A DNA stretch of 38,248 bases, taken from positions 1-38,248 of IMG/VR virus record IMGVR_UViG_3300048549_000170. The stretch is one strand, 5' to 3'. Position numbers and translations under genes: made by a program. Origin of the DNA: a virus (taxonomy: Duplodnaviria; Caudoviricetes). A model generated the notes under the pieces. That model was given only the letters and a program-made list of their open reading frames with translations, made no database searches and was not told the DNA's origin. Positions within the stretch are counted from its first letter, which is position 1. Each line of letters begins with the position of its first letter. Positions 37,231 to 38,248 of this stretch are shown here, one piece after another.

Positions 37231-37257
37231 TATATGTATAAGGGGGGTAAAAGTTCC
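37231..37257 (-). promoter_or_regulatory. ECF-like promoter GGAAC-N16-CATATA
   Basis: Repeated intergenic motif. Confidence 0.65.
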
Positions 37258-37299
37258 CATTTATTAATGGTTTTTTAATACCCCCAACTTATTCACAAG

Positions 37300-37551
37300 T
37301 TATAAAGATATTATAATATTTTCGGTGTATTTATTATCAAGATTTAACCATTTCATATTATATACATTAGTACTATAAAATCGACCATTTAAGCCCTTAG
37401 AATACTCTTTGTAATACTTCGGTACTATTTCAACATTATTACCGCTAATAAGTACTTTACAGCCCTTTATTTTGCTAACTCTATTTAATAGCATAGATTT
37501 AATATTATCGGCTACATCTAAACTTAATATTTTACTTTTTAAATTATTCAT
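37300..37551 (-). CDS. small early-type phage protein
   Basis: TAAGGA RBS before ATG 37551 (MNNLKSK). Confidence 0.7.
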   Translation of the reverse strand: MNNLKSKILSLDVADNIKSMLLNRVSKIKGCKVLISGNNVEIVPKYYKEYSKGLNGRFYSTNVYNMKWLNLDNKYTENIIISL

Positions 37552-37593
37552 TTTTTTATTCCTTATTTTATTAATATTTTTATTTCTATTACT

Positions 37594-37620
37594 TACACGC
37601 ATATAAACAATAATAGTTCC
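37594..37620 (-). promoter_or_regulatory. ECF-like promoter GGAAC-N16-CGTGTA
   Basis: Repeated intergenic motif. Confidence 0.7.
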
Positions 37621-37629
37621 AACTTTTTT

Positions 37630-37833
37630 TTATTCCGATATTATAGCGTCTTTATGTACAGCATCCCAAAATTTATTAATATCAAAGTTGGGGTTGTCTT
37701 CTTTCAAAAAGCCAACTAAATCATTATAGAATTTATCTAAATCTATAACGCTTTTAATCTCATCTCTAATATTTCCATATCTTGTATTATTATTAATTAT
37801 TTCCGCTAGTTTTATATAGTGTTTTTTTGTCAT
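37630..37833 (-). CDS. small early-type phage protein
   Basis: MTKKHYIKLAEII...DNPNFDINKF pattern, common in phage early regions. Confidence 0.8.
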   Translation of the reverse strand: MTKKHYIKLAEIINNNTRYGNIRDEIKSVIDLDKFYNDLVGFLKEDNPNFDINKFWDAVHKDAIISE

Positions 37834-37868
37834 TTTTTTATTCCTTAAATTATTAATGTTATATTATT

Positions 37869-37895
37869 ACTACTACTTAAAATTAAAAAGGTTCC
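37869..37895 (-). promoter_or_regulatory. ECF-like promoter GGAAC-N16-AGTAGT
   Basis: Repeated intergenic motif. Confidence 0.65.
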
Positions 37896-37902
37896 CGAGT
37901 TT

Positions 37903-38115
37903 TCAAAATACTTGTATTAATGTTGTCAAATCTTTGACTTTGAAGCCCTTTGGTAATATTTCATTTAATTCTTTTTCAAATGCTTTATTCAATAGTAATA
38001 ATTTTTGAATGCTTGAAACTTCATTAAATGCTTCTTTATAATCTTTTAATAATATTAACATTTTTTTTCTATTTATTGCTTTTAAATTTTTTTCATATTG
38101 TTTTATTAATTGCAT
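37903..38115 (-). CDS. small early-type phage protein
   Basis: TAAGGA RBS; own promoter motif. Confidence 0.7.
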   Translation of the reverse strand: MQLIKQYEKNLKAINRKKMLILLKDYKEAFNEVSSIQKLLLLNKAFEKELNEILPKGFKVKDLTTLIQVF

Positions 38116-38150
38116 TTATTTATTCCTTATGTTGTTTTTGCTACACCTAT

Positions 38151-38177
38151 TATATATATAAAGTTTCAAAAGGTTCC
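38151..38177 (-). promoter_or_regulatory. ECF-like promoter GGAAC-N16-TATATA
   Basis: Repeated intergenic motif. Confidence 0.65.
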
Positions 38178-38225
38178 CAATTATTTTTTTTATCGTCATA
38201 GAAATACATTTTTTTTATAAAGTTA

Positions 38226-38248
38226 GGAACTTATTGAAGTTTATATAG
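38226..38248 (+). promoter_or_regulatory. divergent GGAAC-N16-AG... promoter, truncated by the window end
   Basis: GGAAC at 38226-38230; the -10 element would start at 38247. Confidence 0.5.

Noticed and set aside
1-38248. Complete circular genome, prophage, or alternative genetic code
   Set aside because: No terminal redundancy seen, the window starts in an open frame and ends mid-promoter, no integrase or host genes, and genes are intact under the standard code

Overview
The window is most of the genome of an AT-rich, tailed dsDNA phage with podovirus-like architecture. It resembles uncultured marine phages, but the host cannot be assigned from sequence alone. Bases 1-5740 (+) hold a recombination/middle module: Cas4-like exonuclease, HTH protein, GroES, ERF annealase, Holliday-junction-resolvase-like nuclease, SSB-like protein and a MazG-like protein. 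Bases 36537 to 5865 (-) are one long late region: metallophosphoesterase, terminases, portal, scaffold, major capsid, basic mini-proteins, pesticin-type lysozyme, a 1670-aa modular tail fibre, tail nozzle and four putative ejection proteins. Bases 36978-38115 (-) are small early-type genes. No DNA polymerase, helicase, integrase, sigma factor, tRNA or CRISPR array is recognisable. Highlights: (1) a pre-toxin-TG + ADP-ribosyltransferase-like gene inside the tail operon, preceded by an 11-aa Cys-rich mini-ORF; (2) three long intergenic RNA hairpins, with anti-Shine-Dalgarno loops or a shared TTGGCTAC motif, that look like a phage sRNA set; (3) two promoter classes, ECF-sigma-like GGAAC-N16 boxes before early-type genes and TTG-N18-TAAATT boxes before late genes; (4) a phased TATTAGGG array upstream of the packaging genes; (5) a switch-like structured RNA downstream of the capsid genes. 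All family calls come from motif recognition by eye, not database searches.
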